Notes: generated from the letters alone by a model not told the origin. Positions 1-12,339 are shown, numbered from the stretch's first letter. The stretch: DNA of 64,000 bases from Chiloscyllium plagiosum (GCF_004010195.1 NC_057749.1:11389540-11453539); one strand, 5' to 3'. Made by a program: numbers and translations.

Positions 1-306
1 ATTATGTTTTTTTTTGCCTTTGTGGTTCCTCAATTCCACCCACACAGCCTCCACATCATCCGACGCTATGTCATTCAATACCATAGATTTAATTTTGTTC
101 TTAACTAACAAGGCAACCCCACCCCCTCTGCCCACCTCTCTGTCTTTTCGATAAGTTGAAAAACCATGGAGGTTTAACTGCCAGTCCTGACCCCCCCGGT
201 ACCAAGTCTCTGTGATGCCTACTACATCATAATCATTCACTATTATCTGTGCCATTAGTTCATCGGCTTTGTTATGTATGCTACGAACATTCAGGTAAAG
301 TGCCTT
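1..306 (-). mobile_element. CR1-type LINE fragment, ORF2 AP-endonuclease N-terminus
   Basis: Minus strand reads KALYLNVRSIHNKADEL...YDVVGITETW...GVALLV, the usual CR1 APE start. Confidence 0.8.
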
Positions 307-307
307 T

Positions 308-417
308 ACCTGAAGGAAACCACGGCACCCAACAGAAGGCCATGCAGGCATGGGGAGAACATGCAAACATACACAGATAGTGGCCTAAGGCATTGTAAGG
401 CAGCAGTGCCACTGTGT
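308..417 (-). mobile_element. Degraded HE1/V-SINE fragment
   Basis: Reverse complement of the V-domain (ggggagaacatgcaaac) and tRNA-like head (aggcagcagtgc). Confidence 0.65.
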
Positions 418-463
418 TGCGCAGGAAATTTCTCTGTGTTGGAAAATTGATGGGATTAAACAA

Positions 464-812
464 TGGTGGCATGGTGGCCTGGTGGTTAGCATTGACGGCT
501 CACAGCACCAGGCATCCTGGCTCGACTCCAGCCTGGGGTGACCATGTGGAGTTTGCACATTCTCCCGGTGTCTGCGTGGGCTTCCTTCCAGTGCCCTGGT
601 TTCTTCCCACAGTCCAAAGATGTGCAGATTAGGTGGCTTGGCCATGTTAAATTGCCTGTAGTGTCCAGGGATGTGCAGGCTAGATGGTTTAACCATGGGA
701 AATGCAGGGTTAAAGGGATGAAGTAGAGGAGTGGATCTGGGTAGGATGGTCTCCAGATGTCAGTTGGACTTGATAGGCCGAATGGCTTGCTTCCACTCTG
801 TACAAATTCTAC
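464..812 (+). mobile_element. HE1/V-SINE, older copy
   Basis: tRNA-like head (ggtggttagcatt), V-domain gtggagtttgcacattctccc...cccacagtccaaagatgtgcag, CR1-like 3' end. Confidence 0.85.
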
Positions 813-816
813 GTTT

Positions 817-1035
817 CTAAAGACTGATAAAACCTCAGGGACTGATAATCTACGTCCTTGAGTGCTTAAAGAAGTGGGCCTAGAAATATTGTATGCATTG
901 TTGGCCACCTTCCAAGATTCTTTAGACTCTGGAACAGATTGGAGGTTAGTTAACGTAACTGCACTATTTAAAAGGGAAGGTAGAGAGAAACAGGGAATTA
1001 AAGACCAGAGAGTCTGGCATCAGGAGTGAGGAAAA
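817..1035 (+). mobile_element. CR1 ORF2 fragment (pre-RT region)
   Basis: Degenerate LKTDK.SG.D...VLKEV...NVT.LFK...GNYRP-like coding. Confidence 0.7.
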
Positions 1036-2146
1036 AAAGCATTATCAAACAATTGTAAAAACAATCTTTCACAACAGCCACAGATGAGCAATAAATTGTG
1101 CTATTTCTAGATTGCAAACACTATAGGAATGAGCTCAAAGCCAGTTCTGTAGCAACTGGTCAGCAACTCATTCTTCCATTCCTTCTGAAGGAATTATTGT
1201 CCTATAATTCCCCTCTGAGTTACTTCTTTTCCCCCTATACTTTTGAGAATGATGAGTATTTTGCATGATCAGTGGTTCAGGATTGAGTAAAAAAACAAAT
1301 GTTCTGGAAATTGCTGTGCAATTTATCGGGAAACATTTATGTTGTGCATGTTGGATGGTGCCAATGCCTGCTGTGAGTTACTGTATCTCTAACAATCATA
1401 CACTTCACAGCCTCTCATTATGGATAGGTAATGGATAGACACAAAAGATCCAGCAGTCCAAGAAGTAACATTACGCCCTGTTTTTCTTGGATGTGCAGGA
1501 AAGCAAGCACATTGCTTTGCATAAATTATTCTAATTCTTCACCAAGTAATTCTTCCTCTTATCTTCTGCAAGCACTGGTGACACCCATGGCTTAGATGGT
1601 GACAGAAGCCATAACCTGAGCCCCTCCGTGCTGCACTATTTTTGAGGACAAAGACTGTGAAACCAGACAGGATGCAAATGATGTGTTTACCTACACCACT
1701 CACCAGCACAGATACTGTCACCTCAGTCGTACCTTAGCCAGAGGAGACCGAAGTTCACAGTCTCGTGAGCATGTCACTGTCACATGTATACAGTTGATGG
1801 AAGAACAAATACTTGAGATCTAAATCACAGAGGTCTTGTGGAGACCAGGCACTTGCTCAACCCCATGCAGAAGAAGTGACTCTGTACCCAACCTTAATTG
1901 ATATTGTCAACCTGCAGAGAGAGGCAGGGGAACATCAGGCAGGTGTGCCAGAGGCCCCAGTAGAATGGAACACAAGAATGAAGGGGTCTGTCCATGTTCT
2001 CCCTCTTGTGGTGGCTTCAGCGTGTGAGCATTTAACTGCCACCATAGAGGGAATGCAGCTGCCTGGGAGGCAGTGGACTTCCTAAAGTGATTCATGTCTT
2101 TGGCATAAGCACCATTTCAATGCAACCATCCAAGAGTGTGTGGAAA

Positions 2147-3946
2147 TGTTATGAAGCTGTGGGTGTACTGGACCTTTAAGAGAGAACTACCTGACAGCAC
2201 CAAATGTTCTGAAAGATAATGTAACCTTTTGGTCCAGCAGTTAGGGTAGCTGGTTGCCTGGAGACAAAAACAGATTCGAATTAGGCTAATCAGTTTAAAT
2301 TATATCTCCAAAAAAAACAAAACTCCAATCCAATTTGAATTGAATTTATTGTCACGTGTACCAAGGCATGGTGAAAAGCTTTGTCTTGCAAGCAATACAG
2401 GCAGATCACAGAGTTAAGTAGCATAGGTAAACAGCAGCAAAAACAAAAACACAGGTACAGGCAAATGTTAAGAGTTTGTGAATCCATTCAGTATTCCAAC
2501 AACAGTCAGGTAGAAACAGTTTTGAAACCAGCTGGTGCGTGTGTTCAGGCTTCTGTACCTTCTTCCCAATAGTAGAGGTTGTAGGAAAACATTGCCAGGG
2601 TGGGATGGATCTTTAAGAATGTTGGCGGCCTTTCCTCGACAGCGGGCCTGGTAGATGGATTCTGTAGATGGGAGGTTGGACTTTGTGATTGTCCGGGCTG
2701 AGTTCACCACTCTCTGTAAAAGTCTCTGATCTTGAATGGTACAGTTGCCATACCAGGTAGTGATACATCCAGACAGAATGCTCTCGATGGTACACCTATA
2801 CAGGTTGGCAAGGGTATTCACCATCATGCCAAATTTCCTCAGCTGCCTGAGGAAGAACAGATGTTGTTGGGCCTTTGTAACCAGTGTGTCCACATGAAGA
2901 GTCCAAGAAAGCTTGTTGTGGATGACCACTCTGAGGAGCTTGACACTCTCTACTTGTTCAACCTTTGTGCTGTTAATGTGTAGGGGGGGCATGAGTAACG
3001 TCCCACCAAAAGTCAATGATGAGTTCCTTGGTTTTGCCGACATTGAGAGCTAGGTTGCTCTCAGTGCACCATTTTTCCAGGTCTTCCACCGCTCATCTGT
3101 AATCTGTTTCGTTGCCATCTGAGATTCGGCTGACTATCTGTGAACTTGAAAATGGCATTAGTCTGGTATTTGGTGATGCAGTCATGGGTATACAGTGAGT
3201 ACAGTAGGGGACTGAGTACGCATCCCGGGGGGGGTGCGGTGGGCAGGCTCCAGTGTTGAGTGTTTAGTGAGGATGAAATATTGTCCCCAATCTTCACTGA
3301 TTGTGGCCTGTGGGTCAGGAAACTGAGGATCCACTTGCAGAGAGTGGGGCTTAATCCGAAATCACTAAGTTTAATAATCAATCTCAAGGGGACAATAGTG
3401 TTAAAGGCTGAACTGTAGACAATGAGTAGGATTCTTACAAAGCTGTTCTTGGTTTGAATTTAGTCTATTGACAATCTTAAAAACCAATGACACAATTCAA
3501 TGCTTTGAGGTTATAAGAGCAGGGAACAGTTGAGAGGAGAACTGCCAAGCCACCAACACGTAAAAACTGCCTGAAAAATAGCTCTCTTAAATGTACCTTT
3601 ACCGATCAGTAACGTGTAAAGCAAAATCCCCAAGAAGATAAGAAGACAGAAATACGGAGATGAACCAAAAGCTGCCTGGTTTTGAGATAAGAAGTTTTGT
3701 TTTGTAAATCTTAATTGGGATTTTTATTGGACCTGTATTGAAGAGGGGAAATTAAAAGATTGGTTCGAGGAAGGAGTTATAAATAGTTGTTAATTATTCC
3801 CTGTTATACTTTAAGAAATAAAGTTGTTAATTTTTTACTTTAAATAGTTCTTGGCCTCTCGAACTTTTACAGATTACTGCGTGGGATAAATCTTTTCTGT
3901 GTTGCTGGTTTAAGTTAATCAGGAGGGTTTACCCCGTGTCGTAACA
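2147..3946 (+). mobile_element. Solo LTR (~690 bp) split by a Rex1 insertion
   Basis: Begins TGTTATGA (2147) and ends TCGTAACA (3946), imperfect inverted termini. AATAAA near 3837. The two halves rejoin at the duplicated tttgaatt (2334-2341 / 3453-3460). Confidence 0.6.
2342..3452 (-). mobile_element. Rex1/Babar LINE, 5'-truncated
   Basis: ORFs 3061-3387 and 2468-3043: WILSFLTHRPQSV, GCVLSPLLYSLYTHDC, KAQQHLFFLRQLRKFG, YRCTIESILSGCITTWYGNC. Short AATTC-type tail. Confidence 0.9.
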
Positions 3947-4713
3947 GTACTTCGGTACTATCATTGATCCAGGGCAAGGTTTGTGTACATGCTTTTCACA
4001 TTGCTTTCATAGAGGGGAGGACAAAAGAACCTCATTTGAAAGGAAAAGTCAACACATAGAGTCATAGAGGATGTACAGCATGAAAACAGACCCTTCGGTC
4101 CAACCCGTCCATGCTGACCAGATATCCCAACCCAATCTATTCCCATCTGCCAGCACCTGGCCCACATCCCTCCAAACCCTTCCCATCCATATACCCATCC
4201 AGATGCCTTTTAAATGTTGCAATTGTACTAGCCTCCACCACTTTCTCTGGCAGCTCATTCCATATATATATATATACCACCCTCTGAGTGAAAAGGTTGC
4301 CCCTTAGGTCTCTTTTATATCTTTCCCCTCTCACCCTAAACCTATGCCCTCTCGTTCTGGACTCCCCCACCCCAAGGAAAAGACTTTGTCTGTATATCCT
4401 ATCTATGTCCCTCATGATTTTATAAACCTCTATAAAGTCACCCCTCAGCCTCCGACGCTCCAGGGAACACAGCCCCAGCCTGTTCAGCCTCTTGCTATAG
4501 CTCAAATCCTCCAACCCTGGCAACATCCTTGTAAATCTTTTCTGAACCCTTTCAAGTTTCACAACATCTTTCCAATAGGAAGGAGAGCAGAATTGCACGC
4601 AATATTCCAACAGTGGCCGGAGCAATGTCCTGTACAGCTGCAACATGATCTCCCAACTCCTGTACTCAATACTCTGACCAATAAAAGAAAGCATACCAAA
4701 CGCCTTCTTCACT

Positions 4714-4838
4714 GAAGGAGGGCTTATGCCCGAGACGTCGATTCTCCTGCTCCTTGGATGCTGCCTGACCTGCTGCACTTTTCAGCAACACATTTTTCAG
4801 CTCTGATCTCCAGCATCTGCAGTCCTCACTTTCTCTTA
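4714..4838 (+). mobile_element. Short Penelope 3'-end (pLTR) insertion
   Basis: 12-bp TSD gccttcttcact (4702-4713 / 4839-4850). Starts at a degenerate hammerhead-like motif. The same sequence terminates GIY-YIG-coding copies (12348-12815). Confidence 0.85.
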
Positions 4839-5963
4839 GCCTTCTTCACTCTTCTATCTACCTGTGACACCACTTTCAAGGAATTATGAACCTGCACTCC
4901 AAGGTCTCTTTGTTCAGCAACACTCCCTAGGACCTTACCATTAAGTGTATAAGTCCTGCTAAGATTTGCTTTCCCAAAATGCAGTACCTCACATTTATCT
5001 AAATTAAGCTCTACCTGCCACTTCTCAGCCCATTGGCCCATCTGATCAAGATCCCGTTGTAATCTAAGGCAAACTTCTTCGCTATCTACTACACCTCCAA
5101 TTTTGGTGTCATCTGCAAACTTACTATAGCTCTTATGCTCACATCCAAATCATTTATTGGTGAAAAGTAATGAACCCAACACTGACCCTTGAGGCACTCC
5201 ACCGGTCACAAGCCTCCAGTCTGAAAAATAACCCTCCACCACCACCCTCTGTCTTCTACCTTTGAGCCAGTTCTGTATCCAAATGGCTAGTTCTCCTGTA
5301 TTCCATGAGATTTAACCTTGCTCACCAGTCTCCCATAGGAAACTTTGTCGAACACCTTACTGAAGTCCATATAGATCACATCTATCACTTTGCCCTCATC
5401 AATCCTCTTTGTTACTTCTTCAAAAAATTCAATCAAGTTTGTGAGACATGATTACCCACACACAAAGCCATGTTGACTATCCCTAATCAGTCCTTACCTT
5501 TCCAAATACATGTACATCCTGTCCCTCAGGATTCCCTCCAACAACTTGTTCACCACCGACATCAGGCTCACCGGTCTATAGTTCCTTGGCATGTCCTTAC
5601 CACCTTTCTTAAACAGTGGCACCACATTAGCCAACTTCCAGTCTTCTGGCACCTCACCTGTGACTATCGATGGTACAAATATCTCAGTAAGAGGCCCAGC
5701 AATCACTTCTCTAGCTTCCCACAGAGTTCTAGGGTACACCTGATCAGGTCCTGGGGATTTATCCACTTTTATGCATTTCAAGACATTGAGCACATCCTCC
5801 TCAGTAATATGGACATTTTTTCAAGATGTCACCATGTATTTCCCAACATTCCATATCTTCCATGTCCTTTTCCACAATAAATACTGATGCAAAATACTTG
5901 TTTAGTATCTCCCCATCTCCTGTGGCTCCACACAAAGACCACCTTGCTGATCTTTGAGGGGCC

Positions 5964-6693
5964 TGCAAGCGGGCATCAGAGCCGCCCCGCATTTGCCACG
6001 GGACTATGCTTACATCGGTACATAGGAATTCATTTTGTGTTTTAAAAACGGCAGCCGCAGCTTAAACCCACAGAACTCAGCAGCTGCCGGTCCGCCCACG
6101 TGACCGGGAGATGGGAGCCAGAGGACAGATCAAATCCACACTAGGCCAGACACTAACCATGACTCATAGACCGAAACTCCGGAGCTAATTAATATGGAAA
6201 CCCATCTCCTAATCAAATCAAGAGACTGACTGAAACACACCCATATTCATCAATACAGAACCATACTGACACAAAGGACAGGCATCCACCAGACAGGAAC
6301 GAACAGACTAATACACACCAGCACTCCAAGGGAACAAAGGAGGGGTGCTAGCCCCCAGCCCTCACAGAGAGAGACAAGCAGATAGTACCCGGACCCGTTT
6401 ACATAATCCAATTAGCACCCTATTGTGTGTACACTGCAAATCTCCTGGGACGGCAGGAAACCCACCATTTGCACCTACTCCAGCAATGATGGGGAACTAT
6501 CATCCCATTCATACTCAAAATCCTCACATCCTGACAAAGAAAGGTATATAATGTATAGCAGCGCGCGGAAACAGCAGAACAGCCGAGATTCGGACCTCGG
6601 TTGGTCTCTGCCGGTGTTACTGTATCAATAAACGTTACCGATTGTTGAACCGCACTCTGGACTCGGACTGATATCATTTCATCCGCGCTAACA
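5964..6693 (+). mobile_element. Intact solo LTR, 730 bp (ERV class I or Gypsy)
   Basis: TG...CA termini, 4-bp TSD GGCC (5960-5963 / 6694-6697), TATATAA 6545-6551, AATAAA 6627-6632. The flanking CR1 is contiguous once it is removed. Confidence 0.9.
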
Positions 6694-8189
6694 GGCCCTA
6701 TTCTCTCCCTAGTTACCCTTCTGTCCTTAATGTATTTGTAAAAACCCTTTGGATTCTCCTTAACTAAATTTGCCAAAGCTATCTCATGTCCACTTTTTGC
6801 CCTCCTGATTTCTCTCAAGTATACTCCTACTGCCTTTAGACTCTTCTAAGGATTCACTCGATCTATCCTGTCTGTACCTGACATATACTTCCTTCTTTTT
6901 CTTAATCAATACCTCAATTTCTTTAGTCATCCAGCATTCCCTATATCTACCAGCCTTTCCTTTTACCCTAACCGGAATATACTTTCTCTAGACTCTCGCT
7001 ATCTCATTTCTGAAGGCTTCCCATTTTCCAGCCATCCCTTTATCTGTGAACACCTGCCCCCAATCAGCTTTTGAAATTTCTTGCCTACTAACATCAAAAT
7101 TGGCCTTTCTCAAATTAGAACTTCAACTTTTAGATCTGGTCTATCCATCACTATTTTAAAACTAATAGATTTATGGTCGCTGGCCTGAAAGTGCTCCCCC
7201 ACTGACACCTCAGTCACCTGCCCTGCCTTATTTCCCAAGAGTAGGTCAAGTTTTGCACTTTCTCTAATAGGTACATCCACATACTGAATCAGAAATCTTT
7301 CTTGTACACATTTAACCAATTCCTCTCCACCTTAACCCTTAACACTACGGCAGCCCCAGTCTATGTTTGGAAAGTTAAAATCCCCTACCCTAACCACCCT
7401 ATTATTCTTACAGATAGTTGAGATCTCCTTACAAATTTGTTTCTCAATTTTCCTCTGACTATTAGGGGGTCTATAATACAATCCCAATAAGGTGATCATC
7501 CCTTTCTTATTTCTCAGTTCCACCTAAATATCTTCCCTGGATGTATTTCCAGGAATATCCTCCCTCAGCATAGCTGAAATGCTATCCCTTATCAAAAACG
7601 CCACTCCCCCTCCTCTCTTGCCTCCCTTTCTGTCCATCCTGTAGCATTTGTATCCTGGAACATTAAGCTGCCAGTCCTGTCCATCCCTGAGCCATGTTTC
7701 TGTAATTGCTATGATATCCCAGTTCCATGTTCCTAACCATGCCCTGAATTCATCTGCCTTCCCTGTTAGACCTCTTGCATTGAAATAAATGCAGTTTAAT
7801 TTATCAGTCCTGCCTTATTCTCTGCTTTGTCCCTGCCTGTTTGACCTGTCTTTGTTCTCAACTGTACCAGTCTCAGGTGATCTCTTTCCTCACTATCTCC
7901 CTGGGTCCCACCCAACCACCACCATCCACGCTCCCCACCAGCCCCTCCCACCTTGACATACAGCAAGCAGAGGGATGACAGCCAACTCCACAAATGTAAT
8001 AATAACAAGAATAGCAAAACTCTCAACCCTATCTAATTACCCTAGAAATAGTGGCTAGAGTATTATCTCAGGCTTAAGTGCTGTCTATTCATCCTGAAAT
8101 CTTCCTGGCTCATCCCAGGATATTCATCCTGATCTTCCTTCTTAGATGCTTTCTCTCTAACTTGCATCTCCTCCTCAGAAACACATTCC

Positions 8190-8925
8190 CCTCTTGATTA
8201 CTGAGATGGTGGAGCGTATAGCACATCACCAAGATGTATAACACCCTGTCTGTAGTGTAATTTCTGGTTCTGTTTGACCAGTACAGGAATTGGAATCTCA
8301 TCTTCAGGAGGCCCATTGGCGGTCCTACAATAGTCCTCGTCAAAGTGTGGGCTGCTTTTTATCTCTTCTTGGTGGCAGTCTGAGGGGTTCTCTGGAGGAA
8401 TCATCAGCCAGGTATAGAGAGGGTATCCCTTGTCAATCAGCAACTATCCTTGCTGACCTTAACATCTGCAGTCCTCACTTTCTCCTAGTTGATTTTAATC
8501 TACTGCGAATCCTCTTGCAAAGATGCCTTCCTTGAAGAAGCTCTCTTCCTCCCTCTACAAGGATTTCAGTGAGTCCCTCTCTCACTGCAACCCCCAGGCC
8601 ATCTCCTCTGCCCTGAAACTCCCTACCTTTTACCTTAGCCTGCTTGGCACACCTTCCTCATTCCTGAAGAAGGGCTTATGCCCCAAATGTCGATTCGCCT
8701 GCTCCTTGGATGCTGCCTGACCTGCTGCGCTTTTCCAGCAACACATTTTTCAGTTGCTGACCTTAGGCCTAAGAAAGAGGGTGGTACATGTAAATGGTCT
8801 AGGTTGTATGAATCATGACAGTTCACTAGATATCTAATGTTGACCTACAAGATTTGAATGTTGTGGTCACGAATTTCTTGAACATTAAGGAGTAGAATCC
8901 TTTTCTGTTCACAAAGACTGCTGGT
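8190..8925 (-). mobile_element. PIF/Harbinger (HARBI1-like) DDE transposase remnant
   Basis: FVNRKGFYSLNVQ, CHDS, DKGYPLYTWLM.P, GLLKMRF motifs on the minus strand. Frameshifted and interrupted. Confidence 0.85.
8462..8753 (+). mobile_element. Penelope insertion with permuted pLTR order
   Basis: 12-bp TSD ttgctgacctta (8450-8461 / 8754-8765). Starts with catctgcagtcctcactttctc, which in other copies lies downstream of the hammerhead segment. Confidence 0.8.
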
Positions 8926-10158
8926 TTGAATTGATTTGATTTGATTTATTGTTGTCACATGTACCTAAGTACAATGAAAAATATTGTTTTGTGAGCGGAT
9001 CAAAGCAAATAAGAACATACAGATTAGAGGGTGCTTAGACAAAGCGAGGCATACAGGGTTACAGGTGCACAAAGCAAAATTAACATTAGATTTGAAATTA
9101 GAGAGGTCCTGTCAGCAGTCTAATAACAGCAGAGATGAAGCTGTTCTTGAGCCTGTTGGTGTGCATGTTTAAGCTTCTGTATTTTCTGCCTGATGGAAGA
9201 GGCTGAAAGCGAGTATTAGCAGGATGGGAGGGGTCCTGGATGATGTTGGCACCCTTCCCGCAGCAATGAGAGGTGTAAATGGAGTCCATGGATGGGAGGC
9301 TGGCTTTGGTGATGATCTGGACTGCATACACAACTTTCTGCAGTTTAAGGTTTGCATAAAAATTTGTAGCTTGGGTGCCGGTTGTGGGTATGTACACCGA
9401 GTTGGGAAGTTGATTTACAGATATTTTGTCCTCTGTCCAGCTGACATCTTCAGTGCTTTGGAGCCTTCTGCAAAATGCTGCTGTACTGTGTCTTCGGGAA
9501 CTTATTTGATGCTGTTCCTGCTGCTTCCATTGTTCGTTGTAGTGGCCGGCGTATTGGATCTAGGTTCATGTGTTTGTTGATGGAGTCCATGGATGAGTGC
9601 CATGCTTGGAGAAATTTCTGGTTGTCCTCAGTTTAACTTGTCCTATGATGGTTGTCAGAGAACAGCCGAGAATTCTTTGATGTATCGCACTCATCCATGA
9701 ACTCCATCAACAAACACATAGACCTAAACCCAATATACCGGCCACGACAACGAACAACTGGAACTGGCAACCAGAAGCAGCAGGAACGGAACCAAATAAA
9801 TTCCAGAAGATACAGTACAGCAGCACTTCACAGGGAAGCTCCAAAGCACTGAAGATGTCACCGAGACAGAGGATGAAATGTCTGCAAATCAAGTTCTCAG
9901 CTTGGCGAGCATACTCACAATCATGGTTTCTGCCGTTTCTTATGATCCTGGGCAAAGCAGTTGCTGTACCAAGCCATTGTGCACACAGATAGAATGTTTT
10001 CTATTATGCATCTGTAGACCTAGGTGAGGGTCCTTATGGACATACCATATTTTCTAAGCTGTAAGAGGAAGAAGAGGTGTTGTTGTGCCTTCTTGACCAT
10101 TGCATCTATGTGGGAGGTCCAGGACAGGTTGTCAGTTATTGTCACTTCTAGAAACTTG
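8926..10158 (-). mobile_element. Rex1/Babar LINE 3' part, interrupted by Penelope
   Basis: ANIIQDPSHP, QPLPSGRKYRSL, RLKNSF motifs. (AAATC)n tail. Confidence 0.85.
9347..9926. mobile_element. Penelope (second family) as two inverted arms
   Basis: ~9390-9625 and ~9660-9910 are reverse complements (SINKHIDLNPIYRP C-terminus plus 3' region). Imperfect TSD tttctgc[a/c]gttt (9335-9346 / 9927-9938). Confidence 0.8.
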
Positions 10159-10677
10159 TGTTATGGACCAGGCCCTCAAAACATTTCAAGCATGTAGCCC
10201 AGATCCTTACTTTGCTAGTTGTTTAAAGCAGGTGTACAGTGGATATTCCAGGAGTGATGCAGCTGGTCTAACCACTTAGTTTGAATCAAAACAGAATTTA
10301 TTTACAAGATCACCAAATGAAACAAACAAAAGAGAACAGAATACAGAATAACTTAACCTATCTGAAAACCTAAAAGGTTATCCCAACTTAATGATGTTGT
10401 TCCAAATACTTGCAACAATCCCCCATAAGCACCCCAGGGTACAAAAGGTAAAAGCAAACACAGGATCTTACAGGAGAGAGAGACAGATTCAGAACAGAAC
10501 ACCTTCTTCCACGTAGTTGTTTCTTGGACCAGCAGTCTCAAAACTGATTGCTTTCAGTGAAAAGCCAGACTGCTAAAAACCAAATCAAACCAAAGAAAAG
10601 CTAAGCTAGGAGAACTGGCCACTCCCCTTTCATTGTACAGGTTTAAAAAGGAGAGAGAGAAAAGGAGAGAGAGAGAA
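10159..10677 (-). mobile_element. LTR-like sequence running into the gap
   Basis: Starts TGTTATGG (TAACA terminus on minus). Minus-strand AATAAA near 10300. Truncates the Rex copy. Confidence 0.55.
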
Positions 10678-11177
10678 NNNNNNNNNNNNNNNNNNNNNNN
10701 NNNNNNNNNNNNNNNNNNNNNNNNNNNNNNNNNNNNNNNNNNNNNNNNNNNNNNNNNNNNNNNNNNNNNNNNNNNNNNNNNNNNNNNNNNNNNNNNNNNN
10801 NNNNNNNNNNNNNNNNNNNNNNNNNNNNNNNNNNNNNNNNNNNNNNNNNNNNNNNNNNNNNNNNNNNNNNNNNNNNNNNNNNNNNNNNNNNNNNNNNNNN
10901 NNNNNNNNNNNNNNNNNNNNNNNNNNNNNNNNNNNNNNNNNNNNNNNNNNNNNNNNNNNNNNNNNNNNNNNNNNNNNNNNNNNNNNNNNNNNNNNNNNNN
11001 NNNNNNNNNNNNNNNNNNNNNNNNNNNNNNNNNNNNNNNNNNNNNNNNNNNNNNNNNNNNNNNNNNNNNNNNNNNNNNNNNNNNNNNNNNNNNNNNNNNN
11101 NNNNNNNNNNNNNNNNNNNNNNNNNNNNNNNNNNNNNNNNNNNNNNNNNNNNNNNNNNNNNNNNNNNNNNNNNNNNN
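10678..11177. other. Assembly gap, 500 N
   Basis: Run of N preceded by a (GA)n tract. Confidence 1.
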
Positions 11178-11179
11178 TG

Positions 11180-11705
11180 CAGAGTTGTCATCCTTTGACC
11201 TGCTCTTGTATCCACAATATTATATGGTTGCCCAGTTTCTGGTCAGTGGTAATCCTCAGGATGTTGTTAATGGGAGATTCAATGTTGGGAATACATGAAT
11301 TGTCAAGGGCTGAATGGTTGGATTCTCTGTTTTTGGATGTGGCCATTTCACGGCACTTGTGTTACGTACATTTTATTTGCCACTTATCAACTGAAGGCCA
11401 AACTTTGTTCATGTTTTGCTGCATATGGACACAGACTTCTTCAGTATCTGAGGAATCGCAAATGATGCTGAATATTGTGCAATCATCCAAAAACATCTCT
11501 ACTTCTGACCTCATGTTTGAGGGCAGGTAATTGATGATGCAGCTGAGGATGGTTGGGCTGAGGGTACTCCCCTGAGGAACTCCTGCAGAGATATCCTGGA
11601 GTTGAGAAGACTGACCTCCAACAACCACAACCATCTTCTTTTATGCTCAGCATAAGTCCAATCAGCAGAGATTCCCCATTTACTCCTGATTCACATTCAC
11701 TCCAG
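11180..11705 (-). mobile_element. CR1/L2-group LINE RT fragment
   Basis: VVVGGQSS..QDISAGVPQGS.L.P...IN.LPS..RSEVEMFLDDCT. Confidence 0.85.
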
Positions 11706-11729
11706 TTTTGCTCATACAGATAACTGCAC

Positions 11730-12330
11730 CTAAGCCTGTGGCTCCTGTTCCAAGCAAGACCGCTATTGGTCTGTGGTGGCTATTGTTCTGCTGCTCCTTC
11801 TGGAAGCTGTGTTGCAAATGATGGCTTTTGTTGCTGATGGCGTTGTCTCTGCTGCATTTCATTTTCAGTAGTCAGACCACGTGAATAAGTGCTGGGCTAA
11901 CCTCTGTCATGTTGACTCAACTTGAAGTAGATCTGAGAGAGCAGTTAGGAAGCACACAGTCTTAACAGAGGGTGTTTCATCTTGACAGCCTTTCCATCAA
12001 GCCTTCAACTTGTATTTGAATGTATTACAGCTGCATTGTCATGGCTTGCAGTCCTGGAGACTGTGCGCCTTGGTCAATTAACAAGTGAGGTATTGAGTGA
12101 ATCTGTCTTGCTCCATTTACTGTTGTTGACTTCAGAGATCACAAGATGCCAATTAGGCTATAATGCCCTTTCAATCAGTACTTCATGAGATGAAGTCAGA
12201 ATTGGATAGTATGAGGAATTTTGACATTCTGCTTAACTGTGAATTGGAGGTAATTGTAAAGCACTGCGTAATTGCTGGCCAAATGATTACTTGAGTTATC
12301 CTTTTGGAGACAGCTTATTTAAGCCTGAAC
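11730..12330 (-). mobile_element. Very degraded non-LTR fragment (RTE-like?)
   Basis: Remnant resembling ANI...FKK...NYRPI.LL (HRPIAVLL). Confidence 0.35.
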
Positions 12331-12339
12331 TATGCCCCC

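Larger units (their letters stand above)
4054..7910 (-). mobile_element. CR1/HER1-like LINE, near-complete degraded ORF2 (APE+RT) with two nested inserts
   Basis: YYRPPNS, GDFNFPNIDW, DKSPGPD, NYRPVSL, RPLLEYCVQF, LERRRLRGD motifs. 3' tail ctctatgactctatg. Confidence 0.95.

Noticed and set aside
3946..3959. AGTAC-TTCG-GTACT tetraloop hairpin next to the LTR end
   Set aside because: A 5-bp stem is expected by chance in 64 kb, and it is not a TGG-type primer-binding site.
4137..4778. 213-aa chimeric ORF
   Set aside because: Chance read-through from a Penelope insert into the CR1 ORF2 C-terminus.
8190..8925. Host HARBI1 gene
   Set aside because: Frameshifted and interrupted by a TSD-flanked insert, so it is a transposon fossil.
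10633..11298. Long ORFs spanning 10633-11298
   Set aside because: Artefacts of translating the N gap.
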